Shown here in pieces: positions 13,748 to 26,390 of a DNA stretch of 64,000 nucleotides. Origin of the DNA: Macrostomum lignano (lineage: Eukaryota). The position numbers and the translations under genes are program-made. The notes beneath the pieces were generated by a model, which saw nothing but the letters and a program-made list of their open reading frames with translations, did not search any database and was not told the DNA's origin. Every line of letters starts with the position of its first letter. Position 1 is the stretch's first letter. The stretch spans positions 1-64,000 of the forward strand of contig NIVC01000814.1 in assembly GCA_002269645.1 (NCBI GenBank), in the 5' to 3' direction.

Positions 13748-16454
13748 TGGATGATTTTTGTAGAAGCATGGAGAATCCTTAAGTATTTACTTACTTCCAA
13801 GGAAATACCCTATGTTCTTCCCCGGGGGTCCCCATGTACTCTTTTTAGAAATCCCTATAAGAACTAAATTTCGGGGAATCCCCAACGTACTTCCACGGGA
13901 ATCTACGCAACTCTATAAAAGTCGACTCCCCTATGCAGTTACCGGTGAATCCCACGTGCACATCTATGTACTTTGGCGGGAATTCCCATGGAATTCCCGC
14001 CGAACATAAGTTTATTTAAGCCCCCTCTAAGTAATTTTCCGGGACAACACCTTTCTAATTTTTTAAGAACCTTTTTTCTTTTGATGCCTTTTGGTGATTT
14101 TTTGGACAAGTCTTTTAACTTGTCCATACTTATAATTTTTGTAATTATATTTTTAATTATTTTATTAAGCGCGCACAGTCGCTTCCGTTAGCAGTATCCA
14201 TTCGCTAAAGAATCTCTTTTGTGTTGCTGTCACCTAATACACTGGAATAAACTGCATGAATTGAAGCTTGCCGTGTACTTTAAATATTAGTACATACTAA
14301 ATATATTAGAACGTGTGTCCTAATAACTGTCTGTAATTTATACAATCATTTTGCACGAATATCACATATGGCATTTACATCTAGTATCTAATTAATTCGC
14401 TCGCAGTCGCTTATCAAGTGAATTGGCTGAAGTGGTGCACTTTTATTCTTGTGGATTTGCCTAAAGTCTCAAGCATATTTTGAGGAAACAAAACAAGAGA
14501 GCGGTGCTCTGGAATATACGAATGTCTGCAGAGAGATAGGACATAAACAAAAGCGGGACTTGAAGGGGACGAGAGGGCTGATGGTCGTGGTTTATGACAA
14601 TGGATGATTATCAAGAGGTCACGATTCACAGGTCGAGACGCGGTAAGGCAGTTGTGTGTGAGGCGTGAACTCTCGATAGTGGAATTGTGTCTATTTTCGT
14701 TCAAAATCCAATTCAAAACGGCTAGGACACAACTTCCCAGACGGGAATTGTTCACTAAGCGATTCTAGGGATTTGTGTCATAGGCATTTTCCACTTGGCG
14801 CAAGCCAAATGATGGCCATAGACTTTTCTGGACACGAACGGGGATGCTTAGACTGATTGTCCCGAACGGATGCTTTTCCAGAGACTATGACTATGATAAG
14901 TACTTCCGGCGCCTCAGCCTAAGTAAAAAGGCTCTTACGCCACTAGAGATAATTTAGATTCCAGATTGGGAGTGTACTCATGTACACTAAAAGCCAAATT
15001 AGACTATAGAGGACTGTACAGGGCAGTATCAAAAAACCAAACCAGAGGATGCTTTTCCAGAGGCTAAACAGCCTTTTACTAATAGAGGAACCCGCTAAGA
15101 CTCGAATTCCCACAACTTCAGATATTTCCCCGAGGGTGAACTACTATCAGTAGCGTAAAAGCAAAACTGCTTATTCTAGACTTCGGGCTACTAAAATAAT
15201 TCATCTCGACGAATGGCAAACGCCTTAGCAAAACTGCTTTGAACTAAACCCCTACTACACTTCATTTAAATGTTAAATGAAGTGGTCTTATAAGCTGGAA
15301 CTCTGCAGCAGAGGATACATGTTCCTGTTTCCTCCGTTTGCCCTAACCTCTATTCATATGCCACTCATACGAATGATAAATTGGTCGAATTTTCCATATT
15401 GAAATGACAATGATATGACAAATGCTATGACACTGTCCACATGTATTGGACGACATTCGTTTCGTTTTACGTTCAGTCAATAAAATTTTGCTGAATTTGA
15501 TGCAGATTGCCGAAATTGAGTGCAAAATCTGCACGCATCAATAAAGTTTACCCATAGACCAGCAGACAAGTTTGAGACAAAATTAAATTGAATGCAGCTT
15601 GCTGAAATTGAATGCAAAAAGGTGTAATCGTGCATGTTGGGGGGCATAACTTAATAATATTATTCGTATCTTGTAGGTCCCTTCGAGTTTTCAAACTTGC
15701 TACTCCTTGACGAGTCGGCTGAGTAGTCTCGAGGAATCAATTTTAAGCGTGTAATACAATGCGATATCCCTCACTGGCTGCCACTGTTAGGTTAATAAAT
15801 ATTGAATGATTAGGTTGAAAAAAAATTGTTTACTCTCTCTGAAGTCTATATTGTCTACTATGAATACTAGAGAGTGCATTCTCAGTCCTTTTACGGGTCA
15901 TATATTTTAGGCCATAATTGTCTAGCTTGTCTAGAAAAGCTGTTTCTCGCGTCTCGTTGATTAATTTATGGCATGAAATTAAATAAGCGGGTAGGTAGCT
16001 AATTTTATTTTTTCTTTTTGGCCACTTTGAGAAGCAACAACTCTGCGGTTTTTAGGGAGCGTCACGCTTCTCAACGACGTCGCATTTGAAAAGCACATAT
16101 ACACTCAGACCGTTTGAAAATATTTCTCTCAACAGCGTAAGCCTTCTTCTCTGCAGGTGGCAGGTAAAACTTAACTATCTTTTTTCTAGCCCTCTACAGG
16201 AGTAGGACAGAGACAATTGCTGCTCATTTATCTGCTGCTTACGCTCGTGATTCGGCAGTCCCTAGAAATATTGGTGTGTGTCTTCTGCAAGCTATATGCA
16301 TCTAGTCTTGGGTATGAAATCTGCATCTTTCTATTGTTCTACATATATAGTAGCTGTATACTGCACGTATTTAGCTGAGCAAAGTTCCAGGTTAGCAAAC
16401 CCAATGCAGGGTTAGCTACGAATTATAGATTAGCAGCAGTATAGGTACGTAGCC

Positions 16455-18145
16455 ATGGCCACAACTCAACGTTTGCCGCTGGTGGAACTGAAACGTCCCG
16501 TGTTCGAATCCGCTACATTGTGGCAACCGGGACGATCGCTGCAGGAGGACACGACTAATCATCAACATCCGACGGAAAAGGTTGACAATAATAATCAAAA
16601 CAGGCAGCTTCGAACTCGCGACCTTCGGAAGCATCAGCCGCAACAGCAGCCTGCGGGTCCTTCGAGTTCAGTTACACCACGACTTCAGTCCCTACATTAT
16701 TATCAACAGCTGCATCGCGAGGCCTCCCAGATCACCATGGCAACGGTTGCTATGGAGCGGCAGCGTCGAAGACGCGACCATTCGATAGCCGCCGCATCAG
16801 CCTCGATGGAGCTGGATGGCCGGCACTTGTCCGCTGTAGGCCAGCGTCGAGGAGGCCCTCAGCTAGAGTCTTTGCCGACTACAGCCGCGACAGGCTCCGT
16901 GCCTTCGCCGCCACCGCCTCCGACTGGCGTCCAGACGATGATTGCAGGAGGACTGCAAGCAGTTGATCGCAGGTAAAGCATTGGTGCTGGGACACACGCA
17001 TATAGCAACATGCTAAAGTCTCCAAACATCGAAACCAGTAGTCAACTTTTCTTAGCGTCACAAGGCTTAGCCTGGTGAGGAGAGAGTGGAGAGTTATGGC
17101 TTACAAGAGTAGAGTTGGATTAAAGCTGCCACTTAATGATCACTGGTTTCGTGTCGCGGGGTGCAGGAAACTTTAACATTTTTCTGTGTATTCTATCATA
17201 ACGCTTTTAATCTACTCAAAAATGGAACCCAAAAAGCTCCTGAAGTGGTCGAACGCATGGGGAAGGAAATATACATGTACTGTACATCCACGAACATTGA
17301 AAAGTATCCATCCTGATCTGGTGAGCCATTTCTCTCCGATCGCAACTGTAAGTTACGCAACTGGCATCCCGCGCGGGTAACGGTATTATTCATACGGGAT
17401 AAATACATGTACGAGCTACTTTAGCGACAACGTTTCACAACCTTAAGGTAAAATATCTGCCCATCGCGCCCATTCCGCTGACTCCTGAGCACATACATAT
17501 GTAAAACATTTGTACAAGCGCGCCAAATACTGTACACTCTCTGGGGGGCTGGCTATCATGGGCGGTGAATCGCACGACAATCGCCCGGCCCATTTTTGTG
17601 CACAAGCCGCAAATGAATGTCTAGTTGCACATGGATAGCAGGGGTCGTGGCGCAAATCGTACGCATTGACCGCTAAAAGCTGCTCTGGCCTGGTCGAAAA
17701 GGCTCTCCAAACATCAAAATCTGACTCACATATCTTTGCTCGAATAAGAGTAGCGCATGATAAAAGCGTAAACACACTCAATCGCAGGGAGTTCAGCGAC
17801 GCTGTCGGTCCGAGCTCGCTGCCGTTCGTCCAGCGACATCTCAGACGTCACCGGACCCTGCTGGAGCTCAGCCAAGGCCAAGACCGGCTGGTAGTCGACG
17901 CGTTCGTCGAGGCGCCGAGTCCGAGCGAAAGCCTGGCAGCTCGAATGCGCGCCTGCGCCGGGGAGCCGACGCGCGGGCAGGCGAGCATCCTGGAGCGGCA
18001 GCAGCGGCAACAGCAAGAAGAGAAGCAACAACAAGAAAAGGACAAACAGCAGAAAAAACGGAACCACCGACGCAGGCTGAGCAGGCGAGAGAAAACGGCG
18101 CAGACAATTAGTCGGGCTATTCTCACCTACGATCGATCTTTGTGA
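16455..18145 (+). CDS. Unidentified low-complexity Q/R-rich protein, probably spliced
   Basis: 173-codon ORF ends at donor AG|GTAAAG (16972/16973, phase 2). A phase-compatible but weak acceptor at 17679/17680 leads into a 155-codon Q/K/E-rich frame. Internal exon structure is uncertain. Confidence 0.5.
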
Positions 18146-18200
18146 TTATGGCTAAACAATGCAGTAAACATGCAGCACGAAGGAATTAAGAGTAAGACGA

Positions 18201-18600
18201 TTTGCCCGCAGAGCTATTCCCGCCAAACTTTGCCAGCAATGCTTTTTTCTGTACGCATTTAGCCACGCGCAGACTTTTACTTAGCATTGGGGAGGGGGCA
18301 AACTGCAAAGGCAATGCAGACAGTCTTAAAAATGATTTATGGAGACAAAGCGAAATGGCATATGCATGAATTATTGCTCACCAGATGTACCCCTACATGT
18401 ATATAGAAATGAAAACGTACAAGAAAAATATGCATTTGATATGCGGTTACTATCGAAACAGTTTGATCTGGTAAATCTCTTCATTAAGAAGCATTGGGAG
18501 CATTGGGGGGGATGCAGACACAATCTGCGCGTGGCTAAATGAATGCGCTGCAGAAAAAGCATTGCGGGCAAAGTTCGGCGACCGAATCTCGGCGGGCAAT
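18201..18600. mobile_element. MITE-like element with ~75-bp imperfect inverted termini
   Basis: 18201-18275 (TTTGCCCGC...TTTAGCCACGCGCAGA) is the reverse complement of 18524-18600. No clear TSD. Confidence 0.6.
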
Positions 18601-20876
18601 TCTCATGGACCCGAACAGCTTTAAAACAGTAAGCAACTTCTTTAGAATGACACTGACACTAAAAGAAGATTTCAGTTTCTAGTACTAAAAGTAGGAGACA
18701 GAGACATTGATTGTTTCTTGCGCAAAAACACTTGCATAGCTTTGAATGTTAAATTTGACATGTCTTACTAGGACTTTTAGAAAAAACGCCTAAGCTAGCT
18801 ACTTATTTATGGTATTGTATGCATTGGTGAATAGATAAAACTAGTATATTATGAGAAGTTAAGGCTGTAATTTTGTACATTACACTGATACACTGATATT
18901 TAGACAAATCTTTATCATAAGATCATAACTGTCATAATTCCACCTAAATATCTTGTCCCTAAAAGATGTAAAGGTGAAAGTACTAACACAATGTTCTTAC
19001 CCCAACGCGCATTTGCATCCCAGATTTAGAGCTTTAATACACTTGCTTAATTAAGTACCATGTTAACTTAAGTTTTGCTATTACGATAGCAGACAGGGGC
19101 TGCCTGCCCAGGGGAGCCGGCAGAATGGGCAGTAATGCCTCAGTAAGCTGTACTAATACTTGGTAATAACATTGTACATGAATTCCATTAAAGATAGCAA
19201 GATTTCTTAACAAAGATAAATAGATATAAAAAATGACTAACAACTAATCAATATTGGCATGTTTTATTGCCATTTTCTCAGCAGCGAATGACAAAAAAAT
19301 TTCAAGTAGCTCGTTAGCATACCAATTCAACTGAAACAATTTATTTCTATATTGAACTGTCTAATTGAACACAATTATTGAAGTTAAATACATATCAGTT
19401 TCTGATCGCTTGAATTAGAAAATAAATCGCATATTTGTTATTACGATAAGTAATATAGTAGGTCTATTATTTTTAAGCAATAATCCATTGGAATTAACAA
19501 CAAAATATGATTGTGACTTTATTATCATTATCATAAGACTGAATAAATTTTTATACATTAACTTTCGGTTTATGAACAAAATATACTCGTAGAAATAGAA
19601 ATGCAAACGAATTCATATAGTTACTTGTATATATAATCATTATTATTTTTCTAATTGTAATTCAGTAAGACATTAAACATGTAAAACAATAAATTAACGT
19701 ACCAACAAAATGGTGCAGTTTTTATGACCGTAGTATAAAATCACAAACAATATTTATTTTGCGAGTTGCGATAGCGACGCCCAGGTGTATGCAGTGGGTG
19801 ACTGCTTAACTGCACTTGGCTATGCTATATGGGGTGGATAAGTATTATCGATTTTTCTGTTTGTCTTTTCCCACCTCATTTCCCTCGCTAAACACAACGC
19901 TTGATTGGAGTTGGTTATAATGGTTAACCAACCGTACATCCTACCGATGGTTTGGCGTATCGATTTTTTCAGTCCTTACTTAAAACCCGTTTTCCTTCCT
20001 CCCTTGTATTTGACGGAGACGGTTACGTGCGGCGGTGAGGGTTTTTAAACTAAAGCCTTGCTTAGATCTCCTTCGCTAACCCCACCCCCACTTTAATTGC
20101 TGGTGGCTTACTGTACAGTTATATAGACGCCTGGGGAGGGAGGTTGATTTTATCGATTTTTTAGGCGCTTCTACTCCCCGCCTCACCCAAATTAGCCTGC
20201 CTTCACTTCAACCCCAACTTTAACTGTACATTGATTGACTCTTTAAAAAGTAATAAGACTTTCTATAATTATAGTAGTAACTTTAACTACTTTAACTGTA
20301 ATTGTAACGTCACTTTATTTCACACTATCTCTATTAATACAAACAATCAAATAAAAATCCGCAGACTAGGAGTATCTATAAAATATCGTAAGTATAATTT
20401 AGGACATAAATTGAATTAAATTATTAACAAATGGAGTAAGTTTAACACTTATGAAATCATTGTAAATAAATATACTCAACAACATTAAAATTAAAAAGTC
20501 CCCACCTTTGAGATTGCGCAGTAAATTCTAGCTCAGTGTTGACATTTAAGTGACGCAACTTTCGCCACACGACGCAGAGTTGGGCTGGGGGAGCAGGGAT
20601 TTGGAAAGAGCGGAAGATTGGAATGGATTGAAGTTTCCACCCGGTTTTCATTGTTTTTTCAAGATTAATATCAAACTGGTTAGTCAGATGATGAGACACT
20701 GGTCGAAAGACTGCTCACTGGGGCAAAGGGTGGGGACTGGCGACTTTTCAATGTTGCTGAGTATATCAATAAGCATTTTATAAGTTTAATTTTGCCTGTA
20801 CAGAAACGAATAATGATAGAAACTGAAAAAGAACGATAATAGACTGAAAGCAGCTAACGTTTAAATCAGAGTCAGA

Positions 20877-23613
20877 TCAAAGCGAAACGCCGCCACCAGC
20901 GCCGCTGCCTCCCTCGCCTGAAGCACCATTATTTCTATCGTCTTTATCAAGCCGACTTCGCTTAGCAGGCGGCATCTGGGTGGCCGTTTGCGCCGCAACA
21001 GACCGAGCCAGCTGGTCGCACAGGTGGCCAAGTAGAGTTTGCTGCTGTCGCTGACGACGTTTCAACGAGCAGAGCTCGCGAAGCATGCCAGTTTGAGCTT
21101 GGTCTAAGTTGAGCGCTATTCTAACAATACGAGTCAGCAGACTGTATTCCTGACCTTGCCCGGTTAGGCTTGGCGCAGATTTTGACGACGCCGAAACGAA
21201 ATTATTGTTGCCGTTGGCTAGTAGCAAACTGGGAGGCTGAGTTGTCGACTCGATGGTTGCAGATGAAGCTGCAACTGAGATAGCTGGAGATGATGACGAA
21301 GCGACATGGCTATCAATAGCTGCGGCTGCGGACAGCTTGGCCTGTCTTGGCTGTAGCGGCTTGGTCGGCTGAACAGTGGATCGAGCGCTGTGGGAAATTT
21401 GTTGGTTGGTGGTGATTTGTGAATTTCAGAATTGACTTCAGGGGTGAGAGCGGATTCTTGAATTGAACTCACGACTGAGAGCCGGTGGGAGACTTGCAGG
21501 TCGGCGGCTGCTCGGCCTTTACGATAACCAAATTGCCGTCGTTACCTGCAGGCGCATTTATAAGCAAAATATAAATAAGAAAAAAGAACTAATACTTATA
21601 GTAGCAAAACTTTAATGTAGCTCGTAGCGTTTCCGTATCAGATGATTCCTGATCATTTTTAGGCAATCCTTTACCACTAAAAGGGAAATCACATTTCTTC
21701 ACCAGGGAAATCCAAATCTCTAAACAGGAAAATCCTATTTCTACATCAAGGGAATCCTTATCTCTAAACACGGAAATCCCATTTCTACATCAGAGGAATC
21801 CCAATCTCTAAACACGGAAATCCCATTTCTACATCTTAGGAATCCTTATCTTTAAACGCGGAAATCCTATTTCTACATCAAGGGAATCCCTATCTCTAAA
21901 CACGGAAATCCCATTTCTACATCATAGGAATCCCAATCACTAAACACGAAAATCTCATTTCTACACCAGGGAAATTCCCCTGGTGTACACAGTGGAATTC
22001 CCTTTCTACACCGTGGGAATTCCAATCCCTAAACGGGGAAATCCCAGTTCAACATTAGGGTAATGCCAATCTCTAAACACGGAAATCCCATTTTTACACC
22101 AGGGGAATTCCAATTCCTAAACGGGGAAATCCCAGTTCCTTTACATAAGAATTCCACTCCCCAAACTCACAATCCGAGGAATCGCCAGAGCTGACGTCGG
22201 GCAAATCAGCTGACGATGACGCGCCGGTGCCAGCCGCTGACGTCGCCGAGGATGTCATGGCCAGATTGGAGCCAGCGTACAGCGGGGAGCCGCCATTCGG
22301 GTGCGCCTCGGAGCGGCCGCCAACCAAGCCCAGGGTTGGCACGGCGTTCCATTTCAATCGGGCCTCCGAGACGGCAGTACGTCGGGCGGACGGATTCTCA
22401 AAGCAGACGTCTTCGAAGTGCTGACTGCAGACAACGTATTGCCGTTCGCAGAGCAGTTTCGAAGCAACGGTGCTCAATTTCGGATTAGCAACGCAGCGCT
22501 TCCACAGCTCGCTGAGGACCGGATGCTGTGGAAACGAGTATAGATGTACCAGTGGATTCGACATCTCGCTTGAGTAGCACTGCGGCACGATGCACACGCG
22601 TCGGCGCCGGCGACCGCACATCGCGGCGCGGCGTCGGCGCTCGCGAGAGGAAGCTGGGTAGTCGAGCAGGTTGAGATGGAATTACAAGAGTCGAGTCGAA
22701 TTGAGGGAAATAAAAATAAAATTTAGAACTCGGGAATCTCAAACTGAACAAAAATACTGGCCAATCCAAAACTCAACATCAGGACTGGGGAATCCCCCAA
22801 TTAAACATAAACTGGGGAATCCCAAATTGAACAAAAGGAATGGGGAATCCCAAAGTGATCAAAAAGAATGGGGAATCTCAAAGTGAACAAAAGGACTGGG
22901 AAATCAACAAAATAAACATATAAACGGGGGAATCCCAAAGTGAAGAAACGGACTCGAGAATCCCAAATTGAACAAAATGAATGGGGAATCCCAAAGTGAA
23001 CAAAAGGAATGGGGAATCCCAAAGTGAACAAAAGGAATGGGGAATCATAAAGTGAACAAAAGGAATGGGGAATCCCAAAGTGAACAAAGGACTGGGAATC
23101 CCAAAGTGAACAAAAGGACTGGGAAATCCCAAAGTGAACAAAAGGACTGGGAAATCCCAAAGTGAACAAAAGGAATGGGGAATCCCAAAGTGAGCATCAG
23201 GACTGGGAATCCAGAAATTGGTTGAATTAATTCTCTATACTGAATCCGAAGAGGCGCATTCCAAATTTAAACAGAACACTAGGTGAATGCCACAATCGAC
23301 ACGAGGTTTTAGGTGAATCCCAACAACAAAAATCCTAGGATTAAGGCCATAGAATGAGAATCTTGAAATCCTCAATCAACAACCGCTCACTTGATTGATC
23401 TGCAGCTGTAGCGAAATTGTCTTCTCCCGAGGCAAACTTGTCACCCCCGCTGCCGCCAACAAGCTCCATCTCCTGCGCAACCGGATCGGCATCAGCTGCA
23501 TCAGCATCAGGGTCAGCCTCCGGACCCAAGCAGAGCTCTTCATCATCCTCTTCAAAAGAGGAGCCGCCACCGCCGACTTGATTTGAATCTGAGTCCTCGG
23601 CCGAATTAGACAT
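20877..23613 (-). CDS. THAP-domain zinc-finger protein with acidic N-terminus and C-terminal coiled coil
   Basis: Exons 23613-23391, 22653-22171, 21545-21473 and 21387-20877 with phases 1,1,2 all matching. C2CH THAP signature CIVPQC...FP...W...VCSQHF...LKWNAVPTL. No transposase catalytic domain follows. Confidence 0.85.
21690..22140. repeat. Intronic minisatellite, ~44-bp unit
   Basis: Period 44 (TCTCTAAACACGGAAATCCCATTTCTACATC...) in THAP intron 2. Confidence 0.85.
22790..23205. repeat. Intronic minisatellite, ~28-bp unit
   Basis: TGGGGAATCCCAAAGTGAACAAAAGGAA tandem in THAP intron 1. Confidence 0.9.
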
Positions 23614-23719
23614 TTTTATATCGTCAATTTAATTTGCTGAACCAGCTTAGTATTAACAATAGATTCTGAACTGGAATAGTTTAAGTGGGGTTAACCATTT
23701 AGTGAGGTCAAAGAGAAGG

Positions 23720-24622
23720 GGTAGCAACCCTGTAAGGTCATAGAGCACGGGGTAGCAACCCAGTGAGGTCATAGAGCAGGGGGTAGCAACCCTGTGAGGT
23801 CATAAAACACGGGTAGCAACCCAGTGAGGTCATAAAACAGGGGTAGCAACCCAGTGAGGTCATAAAACAGGGGTAGCAACCCTGTGAGGTCATAGAGCAC
23901 GGGGTAGCAACCCTGTGAGGTCATAGAGCAGGGGGTAGCAACCCTGTGAGGTCATAAAACAGGGGTAGCAACCCAGTGAGGTCATAAAACAAGGGTAGCA
24001 ACCCAGTGAGGTCATAAAACAGGGGTAGCAACCCTGTGAGGTCATAGAGCACGGGGTAGCAACCCAGTGAGGTCATAGAGCACGTGGTAGCAACCCAGGG
24101 AGGTCATAGAGCACGGGGTAGCAACCCAGTGAGGTCATAAAACAGGGGTAGCAACCCTGTGAGGTCATAGAGCACGGGGTAGCAACCCAGTGAGGTCATA
24201 GAGCAGGGGGTAGCAACCCTGTGAGGTCATAGAGCACGGGGTAGCAACCCTGTGAGGTCATAGAGCACGGGGTAGCAACCCAGTGAGGTCATAGAGCAGG
24301 GGTAGCAACCCAGTGAGGTCATAGAGCAGGGGTAGAAGCCCAGTGAGGTCATAGAGCAGGGGTAGCAACCCAGTGAGGTAAAAAAAACAGGGGTAGCAAC
24401 CCAGTGAGGTCATAGAGCAGGGGTAGAAACCCAGTGAGGTCATAGAGCAGGGGTAGCAACCCAGTGAGGTCATAGAGCAGGGGTAGAAGCCCAGTGAGGT
24501 CATAGAGCAGGGTTAGCAACCCAGTGAGGTAAAAAAAACAGGGGTAGCAACCCAGTGAGGTCATAGATCAGGGGTAGCAACCCAGTGAGGTAAAAAAAAC
24601 AGGGGTAGCAACCCAGTGAGGT
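23720..24622. repeat. Minisatellite, 30-31-bp unit, ~29 copies
   Basis: GGGTAGCAACCCAGTGAGGTCATAGAGCAG tandem. Confidence 0.95.
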
Positions 24623-25339
24623 CAACTGAGAGAGATGGTAGGAACCCCCTTAAATAGATTCGAGGGGAGGGCTATAAAAACATAAACATTTTCTATTTTA
24701 AAAAAATTACAAAGAACAAAGTTCAAAAATGTGAATGAAAATAAAAGATTGTTTTTTTGCAGAAACTTCAACAGTCTCTCACTTCTTATACACGGCAATA
24801 TAACGCAAACTAGAACTAATAAAAAAGTGTCTGGGTAAAGTTAAATAAATTCATTTGTTTACGGCAGGTTAGGACAGGTAAATAAAATATTAGACAAAAC
24901 AATTGCTACAAAAAATATTGCACTACCCTCCAAAATACGAGCGTAGTTTAAATCACGAGGTGTTAAAAATTTAATAAAAAGAACAGGGAAAAGTTCACAC
25001 GGCAACTAGGCAGACAGGCAAGAACAATAATCATATTTAATAATATTTAAGCTCGATTGGGTCTGGCAAATTATTTAACTGTTTACAAGCACAAAAATTC
25101 ACTGGCCATCCTCGCTTTGGGAAACAAAAGATTTTGTTTGTTAAAATACGAACGAATAATATCATGGCGCCAGTTCAAATTTCGCGTATTAGTAGTATAG
25201 TAAGCGAATATACAGCAATAAGCAATTATGAAATTTAATTCGTAATTCGTAGCAGCATGAGGGTTGAATTTCTACAAAAAACAGGAAAATATGAAAAATA
25301 ACTTAGCACAGCAAGACACAACGCGGCGCGAAACAGTTT

Positions 25340-26245
25340 ATTGAACCTGAACCCTAAGTGGACACATCTGCCTCTAAACCCTAAATGGACACATCCGCCT
25401 CTAAACCCTAAATGGACACATCTGCCTCTGAACTCTAAGTGGACACATCTGCCTCTGAACCCTAAATGGACACATCTGCCTCTGAACCCTAAATGGACAC
25501 ATCTGCCTCTGAACTCTAAGTGGACACATCTGCCTCTGAACCCTAAATGGACACATCTGCCTCTGAACCCTAAGTGGACACATCTGCCTCTGAACTCTAA
25601 GTGGACACATCTACCCCTGAAACTTCAGTGGACACATTTACCCCCTGAAACTTCAGTGGACACATCTACCCCCTGAAACTTCAGTGGACACATCTACCCC
25701 CTGAAACTTCAGTGGACACATCTACCCCCTGAAACTTCAGTGGACACATTTACCCCCTGAAACTTCAGTGGACACATCTACCCCCTGAAACTTCTGTGGA
25801 CACATCTACCCCTGAAACTTAAGTGGACACATCTACCCCCTGAAACTTCTGTGGACACATCTACCCCTGAAACTTAAGTGGACACATCTACCCCTGAAAC
25901 TTCAGTGGACACATCTACCCCCTGAAACTTCAGTGGACACATCTACCCCCTGAAACTTCTGTGGACACATCTACCCCTGAAACTTAAGTGGACACATCTA
26001 CCCCCTGAAACTTCAGTGGACACATCTACCCCCTGAAACTTCAGTGGACAGATTTACCCCCTGAAACTTCAGTGGACACATCTACCCTGAAACTTTAGTG
26101 GACACATCTACCCCCTGAAACTTCAGTGGACACGTCTACGCCCTGAAACTTCAGTGGACACATCTACCCCCTGAAACTTCAGTGGAAACATCTTCCCCCT
26201 GACTGAAACTTCAGTGGACACATTTTGCCCTGAAACTTCAGTGGA
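25340..26245. repeat. Compound minisatellite: a 27-bp unit grading into a related 25-26-bp unit
   Basis: CTCTGAACCCTAAATGGACACATCTGC to ~25615, then CCCCTGAAACTTCAGTGGACACATCTA; shared GGACACAT core. Confidence 0.95.
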
Positions 26246-26390
26246 TACGTCTACAGCTTCTATCGCCCAGCTAATTTATGCAGTTTAAATTGAAAAATAG
26301 CACTGAAAAAAGAACTAAAAGACACTAAGCACACAAAAAACTTGTAATTAATCGAAGTACTTCTTGACGAACTCTTTAGCCATCACTGGC

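Noticed and set aside
14414-15250. Moderately GC-rich block with short ORFs and a duplicated GGATGCTTTTCCAGAG
   Set aside because: No recognisable domain, TIR, TSD or consistent splice model; possibly an old TE remnant.
15258-15284. 11-bp stem hairpin CACTTCATTTA-AATGT-TAAATGAAGTG resembling a Helitron 3' end
   Set aside because: AT-rich, no CTRR|T terminus at a convincing spacing and no matching 5' end found.
17726-18067. Minus-strand ORF with an apparent signal peptide (MVPFFLLFVLFLLLLL...)
   Set aside because: Exact antisense codon register of the plus-strand Q/E/K-rich exon; the hydrophobic run is its shadow.
23720-26245. Regularly spaced repeats superficially like CRISPR arrays (also 53790-54825 and 61010-62060)
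   Set aside because: Head-to-tail tandem units with no unique spacers, no cas genes, and a eukaryotic context.
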